Source: Bacteroidales bacterium (GTDB lineage: Bacteria > Bacteroidota > Bacteroidia > Bacteroidales > GCA-2711565). Taken from it: a stretch of DNA of 64,000 nucleotides. Below are positions 9,658-20,163 of the stretch, in pieces. The stretch is from NCBI GenBank assembly GCA_028280405.1, contig JANQLW010000016.1, positions 11,119-75,118 on the forward strand, read 5' to 3'. The position numbers were made by a program, and so were the translations under genes. The number at the start of each line of letters is the position of its first letter. Within the stretch, counting starts at the first letter, position 1. A model generated the notes under the pieces. The model was not told the DNA's origin. It saw nothing but the letters and a program-made list of their open reading frames with translations, and ran no database searches.

Positions 9658-10494
9658 TGCATGATACTTTATTAAACCTGCCATAGGGTCTTTCTGAATC
9701 TCTATGATTTTTAAATTATAGCTGAGTGCAACTTCCCTGAGAATTTTCTGAAATTCAAATGCAATACTCCCAATGAAGGCCAGGTTGTAATTTGTAAAAT
9801 CAGGATATTGAGTGATATAGGTTTCAAAAAAATCGATGAAAGATTTTTTGACAATGTGTCTCATAAATTCATGTTCAATATGACTTGAAACATAAGGAGA
9901 AAAAGAAGCTAAAAACTGATTAGGCTTTTCTTTATTGTATATATGATCAAGTATTTCTTCATTCGTCAATCCAAAATCATTTACAAAAAGTTTTATTAAA
10001 TCTCTGGGTAGCTGGTTTTTCAAATAAGATTCAATAAATAATTTCCCGATGTGAGTACCACTGCCCTCATCTGCAAAAAAATAACCTAAGGAAGGAATAT
10101 TATGAACGATTTGTTTTCCATTGTAAATACAGGAATTTGAACCGGTTCCCAATATACAACATATACCTTCCTGATCTTGTAACAAACTTCTGGCTGCTGC
10201 TAATAAATCATGTTCAACTTCGATCAAGGCATTTGTAAAGTGATTGTCCAGAATTTTCCGAACCTTGGTAATTTTATTCACAGTAGAAATTCCCGCTCCA
10301 TAGAAGTGAATCTGTTGTATTGAATGCGGATCTACCCGGGGGAAGATCTTATTTGTAATCTCATCGTGCAATATTTTTGGACTATAGTAATACGGATTGA
10401 ATCCAATCGTTTCAATGAATACTTGCTTCGTATTATTTTCGTGAATTAACCATTTAGCTTTTGATGCTCCGCTGTCTACAATAATATGGCCCAT
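9652..10494 (-). CDS. BadF/BadG/BcrA/BcrD-type ATPase (N-acetylglucosamine kinase-like)
   Basis: 280 aa with ASKHA-fold motifs: N-terminal IIVDSGASKAKW and ILGTGSNS. Confidence 0.75.
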   Translation of the reverse strand: MGHIIVDSGASKAKWLIHENNTKQVFIETIGFNPYYYSPKILHDEITNKIFPRVDPHSIQQIHFYGAGISTVNKITKVRKILDNHFTNALIEVEHDLLAAARSLLQDQEGICCILGTGSNSCIYNGKQIVHNIPSLGYFFADEGSGTHIGKLFIESYLKNQLPRDLIKLFVNDFGLTNEEILDHIYNKEKPNQFLASFSPYVSSHIEHEFMRHIVKKSFIDFFETYITQYPDFTNYNLAFIGSIAFEFQKILREVALSYNLKIIEIQKDPMAGLIKYHAL

Positions 10495-10728
10495 TAAAAA
10501 TTAGTATTGTGATTAGTTGATGATTAAAAGTAGTTTTTTATTTTTTAGTAAGATAGAAAAAAGTCTTAATTTTGTTGAAAATTAGTACGGCTAATTGTAC
10601 TTTTTTAACTCCCCACATAATCATCATTGAATGATAGAGATGTGCTATATGCTTTATTTAGATTATTAAATTAAAATAGTTGAATAAGTCAGATAGACTT
10701 TTTCGATTTATGGTATAATATATAAAGA

Positions 10729-11307
10729 GTGAGGAATTATTCTAATACAGAAATAATAAACGGATTTAAAGGAAATGATACGGAATTTCTTGAAGAACTT
10801 TACCGTACGTATTACCCTTCTATTCTAAAATTTGTTAAGAATAACAATGGAAAAGATGAAGATGCCCGGGATGTTTTTCAGGAGGCCCTTTTAATTATTT
10901 ATCAAAAAGTTAGAAAGAATTCATTTACTCTTGACACTACGTTCTTGACTTATATATATGCGATAAGCAAGAATCTCTGGATGAAAGAACTTCGCAAAAA
11001 GAAACTAAGCAATTCGGTAATTAAAGAATTGGATGAGGTGGAAGATATCGATTATTACATTAGCTTTGAAAACGAATATAAACTTAATGTAGAATACTTT
11101 ATTTTTCGTTCACATTTTAACAAGCTGAGTAAAAACTGTAAAGAAATATTGAGAATGTTTCTTAGCAAAGTTTCTTATGAAAAGATTGCATGTATTTTAA
11201 ACTATAAGAATGAAATTGTAGTTCGAAAAAGAAAGTACAGATGCAAAAATATATTAGTTGAAAGAATTAAAAATGATGTCAGGTATAAAGAAATCAAGAA
11301 GCAATGA
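10729..11307 (+). CDS. ECF-type sigma-70 family RNA polymerase sigma factor
   Basis: 192 aa. Region 2-like DARDVFQEALLIIYQK...YIYAISKNLWMKELRK and a region 4 HTH around SYEKIACILNY. GTG start. Confidence 0.8.
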   Translation: MRNYSNTEIINGFKGNDTEFLEELYRTYYPSILKFVKNNNGKDEDARDVFQEALLIIYQKVRKNSFTLDTTFLTYIYAISKNLWMKELRKKKLSNSVIKELDEVEDIDYYISFENEYKLNVEYFIFRSHFNKLSKNCKEILRMFLSKVSYEKIACILNYKNEIVVRKRKYRCKNILVERIKNDVRYKEIKKQ

Positions 11308-12047
11308 TGAAAAAAGAGGAAAATGAAAAACTCATGCAAAGGTATCTTGAAGGGAAGTTGAACCTGGCAGAGGAAAAGGGTTTTGAAAATAAACTTATTG
11401 ATGATTTTAATATTGAAGATGAAGAATTATTATATCTAAAGTATCAAAAATTTATGTCAGATACTGAACTGGAAAAATTTAAAGAGAAATTAAGCCAGAT
11501 TCATAACAAGCATTATGGCTCACCTTCTAACATATTGAAAGATAGAAGAACGATTTATGGTGTAGCTGCTGCTATTCTTATTTTGTTTTCATTAAGTATT
11601 TATGTACTACTTCCTAAAAAAAATAATTCCTTCAATGCTTTTGATGAGTTTTACCAGCCTCTGAAAGATCCCGGTGTACTAAGGAATATTAATACAGATT
11701 GTGTCCTTCTGGGAAAAGGGATTCATTTTTATAATAAGGATGCTTATCAGGAAGCGGAAGAATCTTTTAAACGATTTCTCGAAGATAAAAATAAAGATTG
11801 TTTCATTGCTAATCTTTATCTGGCCTTATGTAAAATCGAGTTAAATCAATTAAAAAGCGCAAAATCCATTTTAAATAAGATACTTGAAGATGAAAGTATC
11901 TTCTTTAAAGAAAAAGCCCGCTGGTATTTAGCTTTAATATATTTGAAAGATCGTGAAATAGAAAAAGCAAAAAGAATTTTGAAAACAATTCGTTCCAATA
12001 AAGGAGAATATGCCAGAAAGGCAAATCTTATTCTAAGTAAGATCTAG
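11304..12047 (+). CDS. Putative anti-sigma factor / membrane TPR-like protein
   Basis: Translationally coupled to the sigma gene (ATGA overlap). It has one TM helix (IYGVAAAILILFSLSIYVLL) and TPR-like repeats at the C-terminus. Confidence 0.55.
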   Translation: MMKKEENEKLMQRYLEGKLNLAEEKGFENKLIDDFNIEDEELLYLKYQKFMSDTELEKFKEKLSQIHNKHYGSPSNILKDRRTIYGVAAAILILFSLSIYVLLPKKNNSFNAFDEFYQPLKDPGVLRNINTDCVLLGKGIHFYNKDAYQEAEESFKRFLEDKNKDCFIANLYLALCKIELNQLKSAKSILNKILEDESIFFKEKARWYLALIYLKDREIEKAKRILKTIRSNKGEYARKANLILSKI

Positions 12048-12106
12048 TGCTTTATTTCAAGCCGGTATTTTATTTCTTACCTTTATAAAGTTCAAGAATC
12101 AAATTC

Positions 12107-13033
12107 ATGCGCAAAATATTTGCATTTGGAGAATCTTTGATAGATATTATCAGGAAAAATGATCTGGTGATAGCCAGAAAATCCGGAGGAGCCATGTTAA
12201 ATTCTCTTGTGAGCTTGGGAAGGCTAAATCTGGACCCCTATTTGATTTCTGAGTTTGGCAATGATGAATATGGAGACGAAATCGCTGAGTTTTTGAAAGT
12301 AAATGGAGTGGATATAAGATATGTCTATCGTTTTACAAATGGAAATACTGCCGTTGCCAATGCTGAACTTGATCTACTAAACAATGCAAACTATTCATTT
12401 AAAAAAAGATATCCGTCGCAAAGGTTTAGAATTAAGCTTCCTGATTTTAGGGAAAGGGATTTCTTGTTGTTCGGTTCTTTTTATTCTTTGGAAAATGAAG
12501 TTCGGCCTTACTTAAACAAATTGATGGAGAGTGCTGCTAAGCAAAATGCATTGCTTTTTTATGATCCGAATATCAGATCAAACAAGAAAGTTGATCATGC
12601 CCAGATATTAGACTTCATCAATGCCAATTTTGAAGTTACTGATATAATCAGAGCTTCAAATGAAGATTGTTATAATATTTTTAAAGCAGCATGTTTTAAT
12701 GAAGCATGTAAAAGTATAAGCGGACTTGATTCAAAAGTGTTTATTTATACTGCAGCTTCTAAGGGGATCTATTTAAAAACTCCTCAATTTATTGAATTTT
12801 ATGAAATTCCGGATTTAGATGTTATTTCATCAATAGGAGCAGGAGATAGCTTTAATGCCGGCATTATTTATGGGCTTATTCAGAAAGGAGTTACTAAAAA
12901 TAATTTTTTAAGCCTTGAAAAGCAGATTTGGGATCAGATCATTCGGATGGCTATCAGTTTTGCCTCTGATGTTTGTCAAAGCCTGGATAATTATATCAGT
13001 ATCGATTTTGCGAAAAAACTACTTGCTAAATAG
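12107..13033 (+). CDS. PfkB-family carbohydrate kinase (fructokinase-like)
   Basis: 308 aa with the C-terminal PfkB signature [13 protein letters not shown]. Confidence 0.85.
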   Translation: MRKIFAFGESLIDIIRKNDLVIARKSGGAMLNSLVSLGRLNLDPYLISEFGNDEYGDEIAEFLKVNGVDIRYVYRFTNGNTAVANAELDLLNNANYSFKKRYPSQRFRIKLPDFRERDFLLFGSFYSLENEVRPYLNKLMESAAKQNALLFYDPNIRSNKKVDHAQILDFINANFEVTDIIRASNEDCYNIFKAACFNEACKSISGLDSKVFIYTAASKGIYLKTPQFIEFYEIPDLDVISSIGAGDSFNAGIIYGLIQKGVTKNNFLSLEKQIWDQIIRMAISFASDVCQSLDNYISIDFAKKLLAK

Positions 13034-13528
13034 TGATTTATAGATATTATAATTTTCTTCATCAAAACAAACAAAATATACTTTTTCAATCGTCTTGTTT
13101 TTGGAAAGAAATTCTGTAACCGTTTTGATGGCAATCTGAGCCGCTTTTTCTTTTGGAAATCTATAAACGCCTGTACTTATGTTGGGAAAAGCAATTGTTT
13201 GAATTTCATGGCTAATTACTAATTCCAGACTTTTTTGATAACAGGATTTCAATAATTTTTCTTCATTATTTATACCTCCGTGCCAAACTGGTCCGACCGT
13301 ATGAATAATATACCTGGTAGGAAGTTTATATCCTTTGGTTATTTTTGCATCTCCGGTACTGCATCCGTTCAAAGTTTTACATTCATCTAAAAGTTCAGGT
13401 CCGGCTGCACTGTGAATTGCCCCATCCACTCCACCGCCTCCTAACAGGGAAGTATTAGCTGCATTCACAATAGCATCTACATGCAGCAGGCAAATATTCC
13501 CTTTTATCAGTTCGATACGTTCATTCAT
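13019..13528 (-). CDS. Macro-domain protein (O-acetyl-ADP-ribose deacetylase, YmdB-like)
   Basis: 169 aa with the motif [26 protein letters not shown] typical of macro domains. Confidence 0.9.
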   Translation of the reverse strand: MNERIELIKGNICLLHVDAIVNAANTSLLGGGGVDGAIHSAAGPELLDECKTLNGCSTGDAKITKGYKLPTRYIIHTVGPVWHGGINNEEKLLKSCYQKSLELVISHEIQTIAFPNISTGVYRFPKEKAAQIAIKTVTEFLSKNKTIEKVYFVCFDEENYNIYKSLFSK

Positions 13529-14886
13529 TCTTCTTCTTTTATTACGAATAATTGTGTTGTTTCATATTTTACAACTTTTATTTTATTGCCTTTCTCAATA
13601 TAACCTGTAAGGGCACTGGCATCATAAATTTCATCGCCAATTTTAATTTTTCCAACAGGTCTTAAATCTGTATAAGCTTCACCTATACTTTCCTCTAAGC
13701 CCATGTATCTTTGATCTGAAGAGGTATATCCTTTCGATGCTTCCTGCGTGCTGGCTAATGCTAAATGCCCAAAGGATTTACTTGTAAGTATGTTATGGCT
13801 TAACTTTATGGATGAAACCAAAGCAATGAATATGGATATGATTACGATAAACAGTGCTTTTATCAATTGATCCATATTATTATATTGACCTTCAAATTGT
13901 AATGTATCGACCATGCTTAAGGTTAAACCGGTTACAACTAAAATAATCCCTAAAATTCCGGCAACACCAAATCCCGGTATGGCAAATACCTCAACAGCTA
14001 TCAGGGCTAATCCTAATATGAAAAGTAAGATTTCCCAATTGGCAGCCAGCCCTTCCAGGTAAAGAGGTGCAAAATAAAGCAAAGCTGCAATAATAGAAGC
14101 GGCAGATGGAAAACCTAATCCGGGTGATTGTAATTCAAAATAAATGCCTCCAATAATTATCATAATTAATACACCTGATATTACGGGGTTTATTAAAAAT
14201 CCAATTACGTGATCTATGGGTTTCAATGTTTGTTCTACAATCTTATACTCTTTAATTCCTGCCAGTTTTAAAACTTCTTTAATATTTTCTGCTTTCCCTT
14301 CACAGAAATCATGTTTTATTGCTTCATTAACGGTAAAGGTTAAAACGCTTCCCGAATCGATTACATTTTTAATTTCAATCCTGGGGTCTACCATTGCCTG
14401 AGCAATTTCAGGATCTCTACCTTTTGCTTCAGCAGTTGATCTCATTAAAGAACGCATATAGGATTGGTATTTATCGGCAACTTCTTCTCCTGTTTGATTT
14501 ACAACAGTAGCGGCTCCGATACTTCCGCCAGGGCGCATATAAATACTATCGCATGCAATAGCTATTAAAGCTCCGGCAGAAGCTGCATTGTTATCAATGA
14601 ATACGAAGGTAGGTATAGGGAATTGCATGAGCACGGTTCTAATAGAATCCGCAGCATCCATTCTGCCTCCATAAGTATTCATATGAATCAAAATGTAATC
14701 AGCATTCAGGCTTTTTGCTTCTTCTAAGGCTTTTTTTGTTGTTCTCCACACAGGAGGTCCAATTTCTTCTTTAATATCAAATTTGTAAACTGTTTTAGCC
14801 TTTTCTGCTTGAGCAGAAAGCTGAGATGATAATAAAACCATTGAGAACAATAAAAAGAGTCCCCTTATATTGATATAAATTTTCAT
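13525..14886 (-). CDS. NfeD-family membrane-bound ClpP-class serine protease
   Basis: The track ORF extends to 15039, but the Met at 14886 ([25 protein letters not shown]) gives a signal peptide and avoids overlap with the upstream gene. The protein has a ClpP-like domain, several TM helices and a C-terminal NfeD beta-barrel. Confidence 0.85.
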   Translation of the reverse strand: MKIYINIRGLFLLFSMVLLSSQLSAQAEKAKTVYKFDIKEEIGPPVWRTTKKALEEAKSLNADYILIHMNTYGGRMDAADSIRTVLMQFPIPTFVFIDNNAASAGALIAIACDSIYMRPGGSIGAATVVNQTGEEVADKYQSYMRSLMRSTAEAKGRDPEIAQAMVDPRIEIKNVIDSGSVLTFTVNEAIKHDFCEGKAENIKEVLKLAGIKEYKIVEQTLKPIDHVIGFLINPVISGVLIMIIIGGIYFELQSPGLGFPSAASIIAALLYFAPLYLEGLAANWEILLFILGLALIAVEVFAIPGFGVAGILGIILVVTGLTLSMVDTLQFEGQYNNMDQLIKALFIVIISIFIALVSSIKLSHNILTSKSFGHLALASTQEASKGYTSSDQRYMGLEESIGEAYTDLRPVGKIKIGDEIYDASALTGYIEKGNKIKVVKYETTQLFVIKEEE

Positions 14887-14923
14887 TATGAGAAGATTTT
14901 TTAATAAAAATAAAAAAAACGCC

Positions 14924-15268
14924 TTAATGAGAGGCGTTTTCCTGATGCATTTTATTATATAATTTTTTCCATGCTCTTCTTCGCCAATAAGTTCTACGCC
15001 AATATTTGCCCCATCGAATATTAGTCCAAAACCTTTCATGTAGATAATACATGATTAATTTAGCTACCATTTCGATGGAAGTAACAAAAGTGGCAGTCTC
15101 TAACACTTCGCTCATTGATTTGTCAGAATATCTGCGGAATATTACAAATGTGATCAGAAAAGTTGTTCCTGAAGCAAGAAGCCGCCAGCTGATGGCTTTC
15201 ATAATACTTCTTATCGGACTGTCTTTTTCCGTTCCAGGCTTTACTTTGACCTTGTTTTTTTTAGGCAT
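14924..15268 (-). CDS. Small membrane protein (DUF2061-like)
   Basis: 114 aa with two predicted TM helices (ISWRLLASGTTFLITFVIF, ATFVTSIEMVAKLIMYYL) and a basic C-terminus. Confidence 0.6.
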   Translation of the reverse strand: MPKKNKVKVKPGTEKDSPIRSIMKAISWRLLASGTTFLITFVIFRRYSDKSMSEVLETATFVTSIEMVAKLIMYYLHERFWTNIRWGKYWRRTYWRRRAWKKLYNKMHQENASH

Positions 15269-15318
15269 TAATTGTTCTAGTTAAAAAGTAAGACAAGTAT
15301 AGGAATTTTTTTGCATTA

Positions 15319-16110
15319 TTATACAAAATATTTTTTTACACAATTAAGTAATTCCTCATGTATATGAGAGTTTGAAGCAATGAGTTGTTTCCCAAATAAA
15401 TGATTATCCCCACCTTCAAAATCACAGCACATTCCACCGGCTTCACTGATAATAATTAATCCTGCAGCTACATCCCATGGGTTTAGACCGTATTCATAAA
15501 AACCATCAAATCTGCCGCAGGCAAGATATGCCAAATCCACAGCAGCGGATCCCATACGCCTGACTCCTCTCGTATTTTTCATGAAATATTTAAACAATTG
15601 AAGGTATTGGTCCAGATATTTGTAGTCATAATAAGGGAATCCGGTTCCTAATAATGAATCGTCAATCTTCCGGGTATTGCTAACAGTAACTTTTTTCCCG
15701 TTCAGAAAGCTTCCTCCTCCTTTCCAGGCATAAAAACATTCATCACGGTTTGGTTCATATATGACACCTGATATAATTTCTTCTTTATATTTTAAGGCAA
15801 TGCTTATAGAATAAACAGGAATGCTATGAATAAAATTTGTAGTTCCGTCTAAAGGATCAATAATCCAGGTAAAATCCTTTCCGGCATTTAACTCAGGGCT
15901 TTCTTCTGCAATAAATCCTGCTTCCGGAAGAATTTTTTCCAGTTCACTAATGATACGTTGTTCTGCTTCTTTATCCACATAGGTTACGAAATTGTGGCTG
16001 CCTTTCACTTCGATCTGACCACTAATGATTTTTTTTGCTTCAGATTGAATAAACATACCAACAGCCTTGCTTAAATTGCAAACCTGATGTGTGATAATAT
16101 TAAGGTTCAT
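15319..16110 (-). CDS. Inositol monophosphatase family protein
   Basis: 263 aa with the IMPase motifs WIIDPLDGTTNF and the WDVAAG region. Confidence 0.9.
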   Translation of the reverse strand: MNLNIITHQVCNLSKAVGMFIQSEAKKIISGQIEVKGSHNFVTYVDKEAEQRIISELEKILPEAGFIAEESPELNAGKDFTWIIDPLDGTTNFIHSIPVYSISIALKYKEEIISGVIYEPNRDECFYAWKGGGSFLNGKKVTVSNTRKIDDSLLGTGFPYYDYKYLDQYLQLFKYFMKNTRGVRRMGSAAVDLAYLACGRFDGFYEYGLNPWDVAAGLIIISEAGGMCCDFEGGDNHLFGKQLIASNSHIHEELLNCVKKYFV

Positions 16111-16165
16111 AATGTTATTTTACGAAACGAAATTAAGGAATTATTTATATTTAAAACGCACTTAT

Positions 16166-17467
16166 TTATTCTTTTATTATCTCTCCCACAAAAACTCCGT
16201 CAGTATCAATATTTAATAATTTTATTTTGATGATTTGGTTTATATAGTTTTTGTTGAATGGAATTTTAACCCTGATATAGTTTTCAGAAAACCCATACAT
16301 ATAACCATTGTCATTTTCGCTTTCAAAAAGAACTTTTTGTTCTTTCCCTTTTTGATCGAGATAGAATTTCATTTTTTTCCTTTCAGAGAGTTCATGAAGT
16401 TTTCGGCTTCTATCCCTGATCGTAGTTATAGGTACTTTTTCTTTTATTTTGGAGGCTATTGTTCCAGGTCGGTCAGAATAAGAGAAAACATGGATATAGC
16501 TTATATCCGTTTCTTTAATGAATTCCATAGCATCCTGAAAATGTTCTTCTGTTTCACCAGGCAATCCTACGATAACATCAGCTGCTATCATACAATCAGG
16601 AATCAGGGATTTAATTTTATATACTCTGTGAGCAAATAACTCCCGATCGTACTTGCGCTTCATTTGTTTTAGTATTTCATTTGAACCGGATTGTAAAGGG
16701 ATATGGAAATGTGGAAGAAATTTATCGGAAGCTGCAACCAGTTCTATTATCTCATAAGTTAATAAGTCAGGTTCTATGGATGAAACCCTGATTCTATGAA
16801 TTCCATCAACTTGATCCAGTTTCTTTAGAAGCTCAATAAGTTTCTCTCCGGTTTGTCTTCCAAAATCACCCACATTAACGCCGGTTAAAATAACTTCTTT
16901 TATATCTGTTTTTCCTATTTCTTCAGCTATTTTTATTGTATCGGCAACATTTCCTGACCTGCTTCTGCCTCTGGCATGTGGAATTGTACAAAATGTACAA
17001 TAATAATCACATCCATCCTGAACTTTCAAGAATGACCTGGTGCGATCTCCGGAAGAATAAGAAGGATGAAACTCAAAATCTTTATTAAGTTTTGATGTCT
17101 CAATAATAGTATGTGCAGTACCTGTACTTTCCAGTTTTTTATAATGTTCCAGTAAATTGAACTTTTCTTTTGTCCCCAATACTAAGTCTACACCATCAAA
17201 TATAGCTAACTCTTCCGGCCTGAGTTGAGAAAAGCAGCCTATAACAGCTATTCGGGCATTTGGATTCCTTTTGTGGACCTGCTTAATGGCTGTTTTGCAT
17301 TTCTTTTCGGCATTACCGGTTACCGTGCATGAATTGATTACATATAGATCTGCTTTCTCTTTGAAATCAACATTTGAAAATCCATCGTTTAGAAAAGTTT
17401 TTGCTATGCTTGAAGTTTCAGAGAAATTTAATTTACAACCTAATGTCAGAAATGCGACCCTTTTCAT
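16166..17467 (-). CDS. mtaB: tRNA (t6A37) methylthiotransferase
   Basis: 433 aa. It has the MiaB-like N-terminal domain (FLTLGCKLNFSE), radical-SAM CDYYCTFC and a C-terminal TRAM-like region. Confidence 0.9.
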   Translation of the reverse strand: MKRVAFLTLGCKLNFSETSSIAKTFLNDGFSNVDFKEKADLYVINSCTVTGNAEKKCKTAIKQVHKRNPNARIAVIGCFSQLRPEELAIFDGVDLVLGTKEKFNLLEHYKKLESTGTAHTIIETSKLNKDFEFHPSYSSGDRTRSFLKVQDGCDYYCTFCTIPHARGRSRSGNVADTIKIAEEIGKTDIKEVILTGVNVGDFGRQTGEKLIELLKKLDQVDGIHRIRVSSIEPDLLTYEIIELVAASDKFLPHFHIPLQSGSNEILKQMKRKYDRELFAHRVYKIKSLIPDCMIAADVIVGLPGETEEHFQDAMEFIKETDISYIHVFSYSDRPGTIASKIKEKVPITTIRDRSRKLHELSERKKMKFYLDQKGKEQKVLFESENDNGYMYGFSENYIRVKIPFNKNYINQIIKIKLLNIDTDGVFVGEIIKE

Positions 17468-17510
17468 ATATAATCAACAGCCTAATTGCTCCAAAGATAA
17501 ATGATTCAGT

Positions 17511-18404
17511 TCAATTGGCAGGTTCCGATGCCTTGATATATTTTTGGATTATAATGCCACTCACTATAAATAATAGTCCGATAAAAGTGGAAGGCAGTAT
17601 CTTTTCTCCTAAGCTTAGGTAAATAATTAAAAGAGCAATAAAAGGCGAAAGAAAAACCAGATTACTGACTTTTGCAGTATTAACAGAAAGCTTTAATGCT
17701 TTAAGCCATAACAGAAATGCCAGGCCCATCTCAAATATACCGATGTATACGGAGCCAATAATTCCTTTTGTTTTAGGAATAGAAAAATCACCGGTAATCA
17801 AAACTATTATGAGTACATAGATAAAACCAAAACAGAAATTTGTAAATAATTTTAGGATGTCATCTCTTTTATCTTTTACATTAAAAATCCAGTATAGGGC
17901 CCAGAAAAAAGCACTGATCAAAGCCAGGCTGATCCCAAAAATATCTGAGGTTTCAATTGATATTAGTTTCCCATTGGTAGAGATAACTATAATTCCCAAA
18001 AAGCTTATAAGGAGGGCAATAATACTCTTATAACTAATTTTTTGCTTAAGTAGTGGTATGGATAATAACACTAATACAACAGGCCAGAAATAGTTTAAAC
18101 TTCCCGTAATCTGAGCGGGAAGCAGATCATATGATTTAAATAGAATTAAATAGTAAGCAAAGGGATTTAATAAGCCCAGTAATGCAGAATTCAATACATC
18201 TTTTCGCTTACTCCTTAAGAGTGCCCTGAATTTTCTTTGAAAAATGATGGAGATAAACAGAAATATTACGGAACAAAAACTGGCATAGAGCAACATATTT
18301 TTAAACTCGATGTATTTCAGAGTGATCTTAAATGCAGAACTCATCGTAGACCAAAATAATATGGTTATCAATGCTAAAACATATGCCAGGTTTTGATTCT
18401 TCAT
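17511..18404 (-). CDS. EamA/DMT-family transporter
   Basis: 297 aa with about 10 TM helices and the duplicated EamA architecture. Confidence 0.85.
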   Translation of the reverse strand: MKNQNLAYVLALITILFWSTMSSAFKITLKYIEFKNMLLYASFCSVIFLFISIIFQRKFRALLRSKRKDVLNSALLGLLNPFAYYLILFKSYDLLPAQITGSLNYFWPVVLVLLSIPLLKQKISYKSIIALLISFLGIIVISTNGKLISIETSDIFGISLALISAFFWALYWIFNVKDKRDDILKLFTNFCFGFIYVLIIVLITGDFSIPKTKGIIGSVYIGIFEMGLAFLLWLKALKLSVNTAKVSNLVFLSPFIALLIIYLSLGEKILPSTFIGLLFIVSGIIIQKYIKASEPAN

Positions 18405-18406
18405 GC

Positions 18407-19939
18407 TTAATGCAATTTAGCCCAGTCAGGAAATGTTCCTAAATCTATCCCTAATAAATAACTTCCAAAATAATAGGTGATGATAGTGATAATAAGGGCA
18501 CCAAAAATATTGATGATAAATCCGGTTCTTGCCATTGTAATCATATTGATACGATTAGTTCCAAAGACAATAGCATTTGGAGGGGTAGCTACTGGGAGCA
18601 TAAAAGCCATGGAACCTGATAGTGTAGCAGGAATCATAAATAATAGTGGATTTATTTCAGTACTGATAGATAATCCTGCTAAAACGGGAAGCAGCATTTC
18701 TGTTGTGGCTGTATTTGACGTAAGTTCCGTCAAAAATGTCATGAGTATACAAATACTAAAAATCAGGATGAGAGGATGTACATCTGCAACCCATCTCAGT
18801 TGTTCTCCGAACCATAGTGAAAGTCCGGATTCTTTAAATCCACTTGCAAGGGCAAATCCTCCTCCAAAAAGCAATACTATATGCCAGGGTATTTCAGAGG
18901 TCGCTTTCCAGTTCATGATCTTTTCTCCGGTATTTTTTCGTGAAGGGATCATGAAAAGTATGATCGCTATCATGATCGCAACCGTACCATCATTTATATA
19001 TGTTGGTACTTTGAATATTTCAGACCAACCGGGAATAGTTATATTCCCAATATTTATACTGGATCTTGTTAACCATAAAAAAGCCAAAGCCATAAAATTG
19101 ATTAAGATTGCCTTTTCTTCAAAGCTGGTTTTCCCTAATTGCTGATATTGATTTTTAAATTCGCTTTTGCTGATCCCTTGCCATTTATTTTTACTGGGTT
19201 TGAATATAAAATAGAGATAAGCCCAAACAAATAAGAAAGTAATAACGGATATCGGAATTGCAAATGAAAACCATGTTGCAAAAGAAATTTCGGGGGCTTC
19301 CGGAAACATAATTTGAAAAATTCTGGCAAAAGAAAGGTTTGGCGGAGTGCCCACTAAAGTTGCGATACCTCCGATAGAAGCACTATAGGCCACTCCCAAT
19401 AATAAGCCTGTTCCATACTTGCCAATCGCTTTTTCACCTATACTTTCTTCCAGCTTTTGTATAATGGATATTAATATCGGAACCATCATCATCGTTGTAG
19501 CAGTATTGGATATCCACATTGATAAAAAAGCTGTGGCAAACATAAATCCCAGTAATATTCGGGCAGGGCTTACTCCGGTATACATTAATATTTTTAATGC
19601 AATTCTTTTATGCAGGTTCCATTTTTGCATAGCAATGGCTACGATAAAACCTCCTATAAATAAAAAAATCACATGATTGAAATAGGTTGATGATACCGCT
19701 TTCCCATTCATTACTCCCAATAATGGGAATAGGACAATTGGCAATAAGGATGTAATTGCAAGTGGGATTGCTTCGGTTACCCACCATATGGCCATTAAAA
19801 TTGCAATTGCAAAAGTGTAACTGACACTTGGATTTTTGGGATCCAGATCAATGAATAAAATTACAATTAGGAAACTTAAAATTCCACTAAACAGACCAAT
19901 TTGTTGCCTGGATTTGAATAGTTGAAAAAAGATTTGCAT
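18407..19939 (-). CDS. DASS/SLC13-family anion:sodium symporter
   Basis: 510 aa polytopic protein with the SNTATT motif present twice (WISNTATTMMMVP, ELTSNTATTEMLLP), typical of DASS transporters. Confidence 0.85.
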   Translation of the reverse strand: MQIFFQLFKSRQQIGLFSGILSFLIVILFIDLDPKNPSVSYTFAIAILMAIWWVTEAIPLAITSLLPIVLFPLLGVMNGKAVSSTYFNHVIFLFIGGFIVAIAMQKWNLHKRIALKILMYTGVSPARILLGFMFATAFLSMWISNTATTMMMVPILISIIQKLEESIGEKAIGKYGTGLLLGVAYSASIGGIATLVGTPPNLSFARIFQIMFPEAPEISFATWFSFAIPISVITFLFVWAYLYFIFKPSKNKWQGISKSEFKNQYQQLGKTSFEEKAILINFMALAFLWLTRSSINIGNITIPGWSEIFKVPTYINDGTVAIMIAIILFMIPSRKNTGEKIMNWKATSEIPWHIVLLFGGGFALASGFKESGLSLWFGEQLRWVADVHPLILIFSICILMTFLTELTSNTATTEMLLPVLAGLSISTEINPLLFMIPATLSGSMAFMLPVATPPNAIVFGTNRINMITMARTGFIINIFGALIITIITYYFGSYLLGIDLGTFPDWAKLH

Positions 19940-20163
19940 TTATATGTGTGTTGCGTGCATAAATATAAGAAAACTAGGCAAATGGCAATAAAAATATTTT
20001 TACTAATTTAACAAAAAACGTGATTTTATTTCATTTAAATTTATAGTTTTGCATCCCTTGAAAATTATATTTCTGGTATTGTTAGAAAACATAATGATCA
20101 TTTTAGGAAGGGATTAGATTATTGTGTAATCGCAATCTGATTATTTATTTAAAATTAGAAAAG

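Noticed and set aside
14887-15039. N-terminal 51-residue extension of the NfeD ORF
   Set aside because: The extension overlaps the 3' end of the upstream DUF2061-like gene. The internal Met at 14886 is followed by a proper signal peptide.
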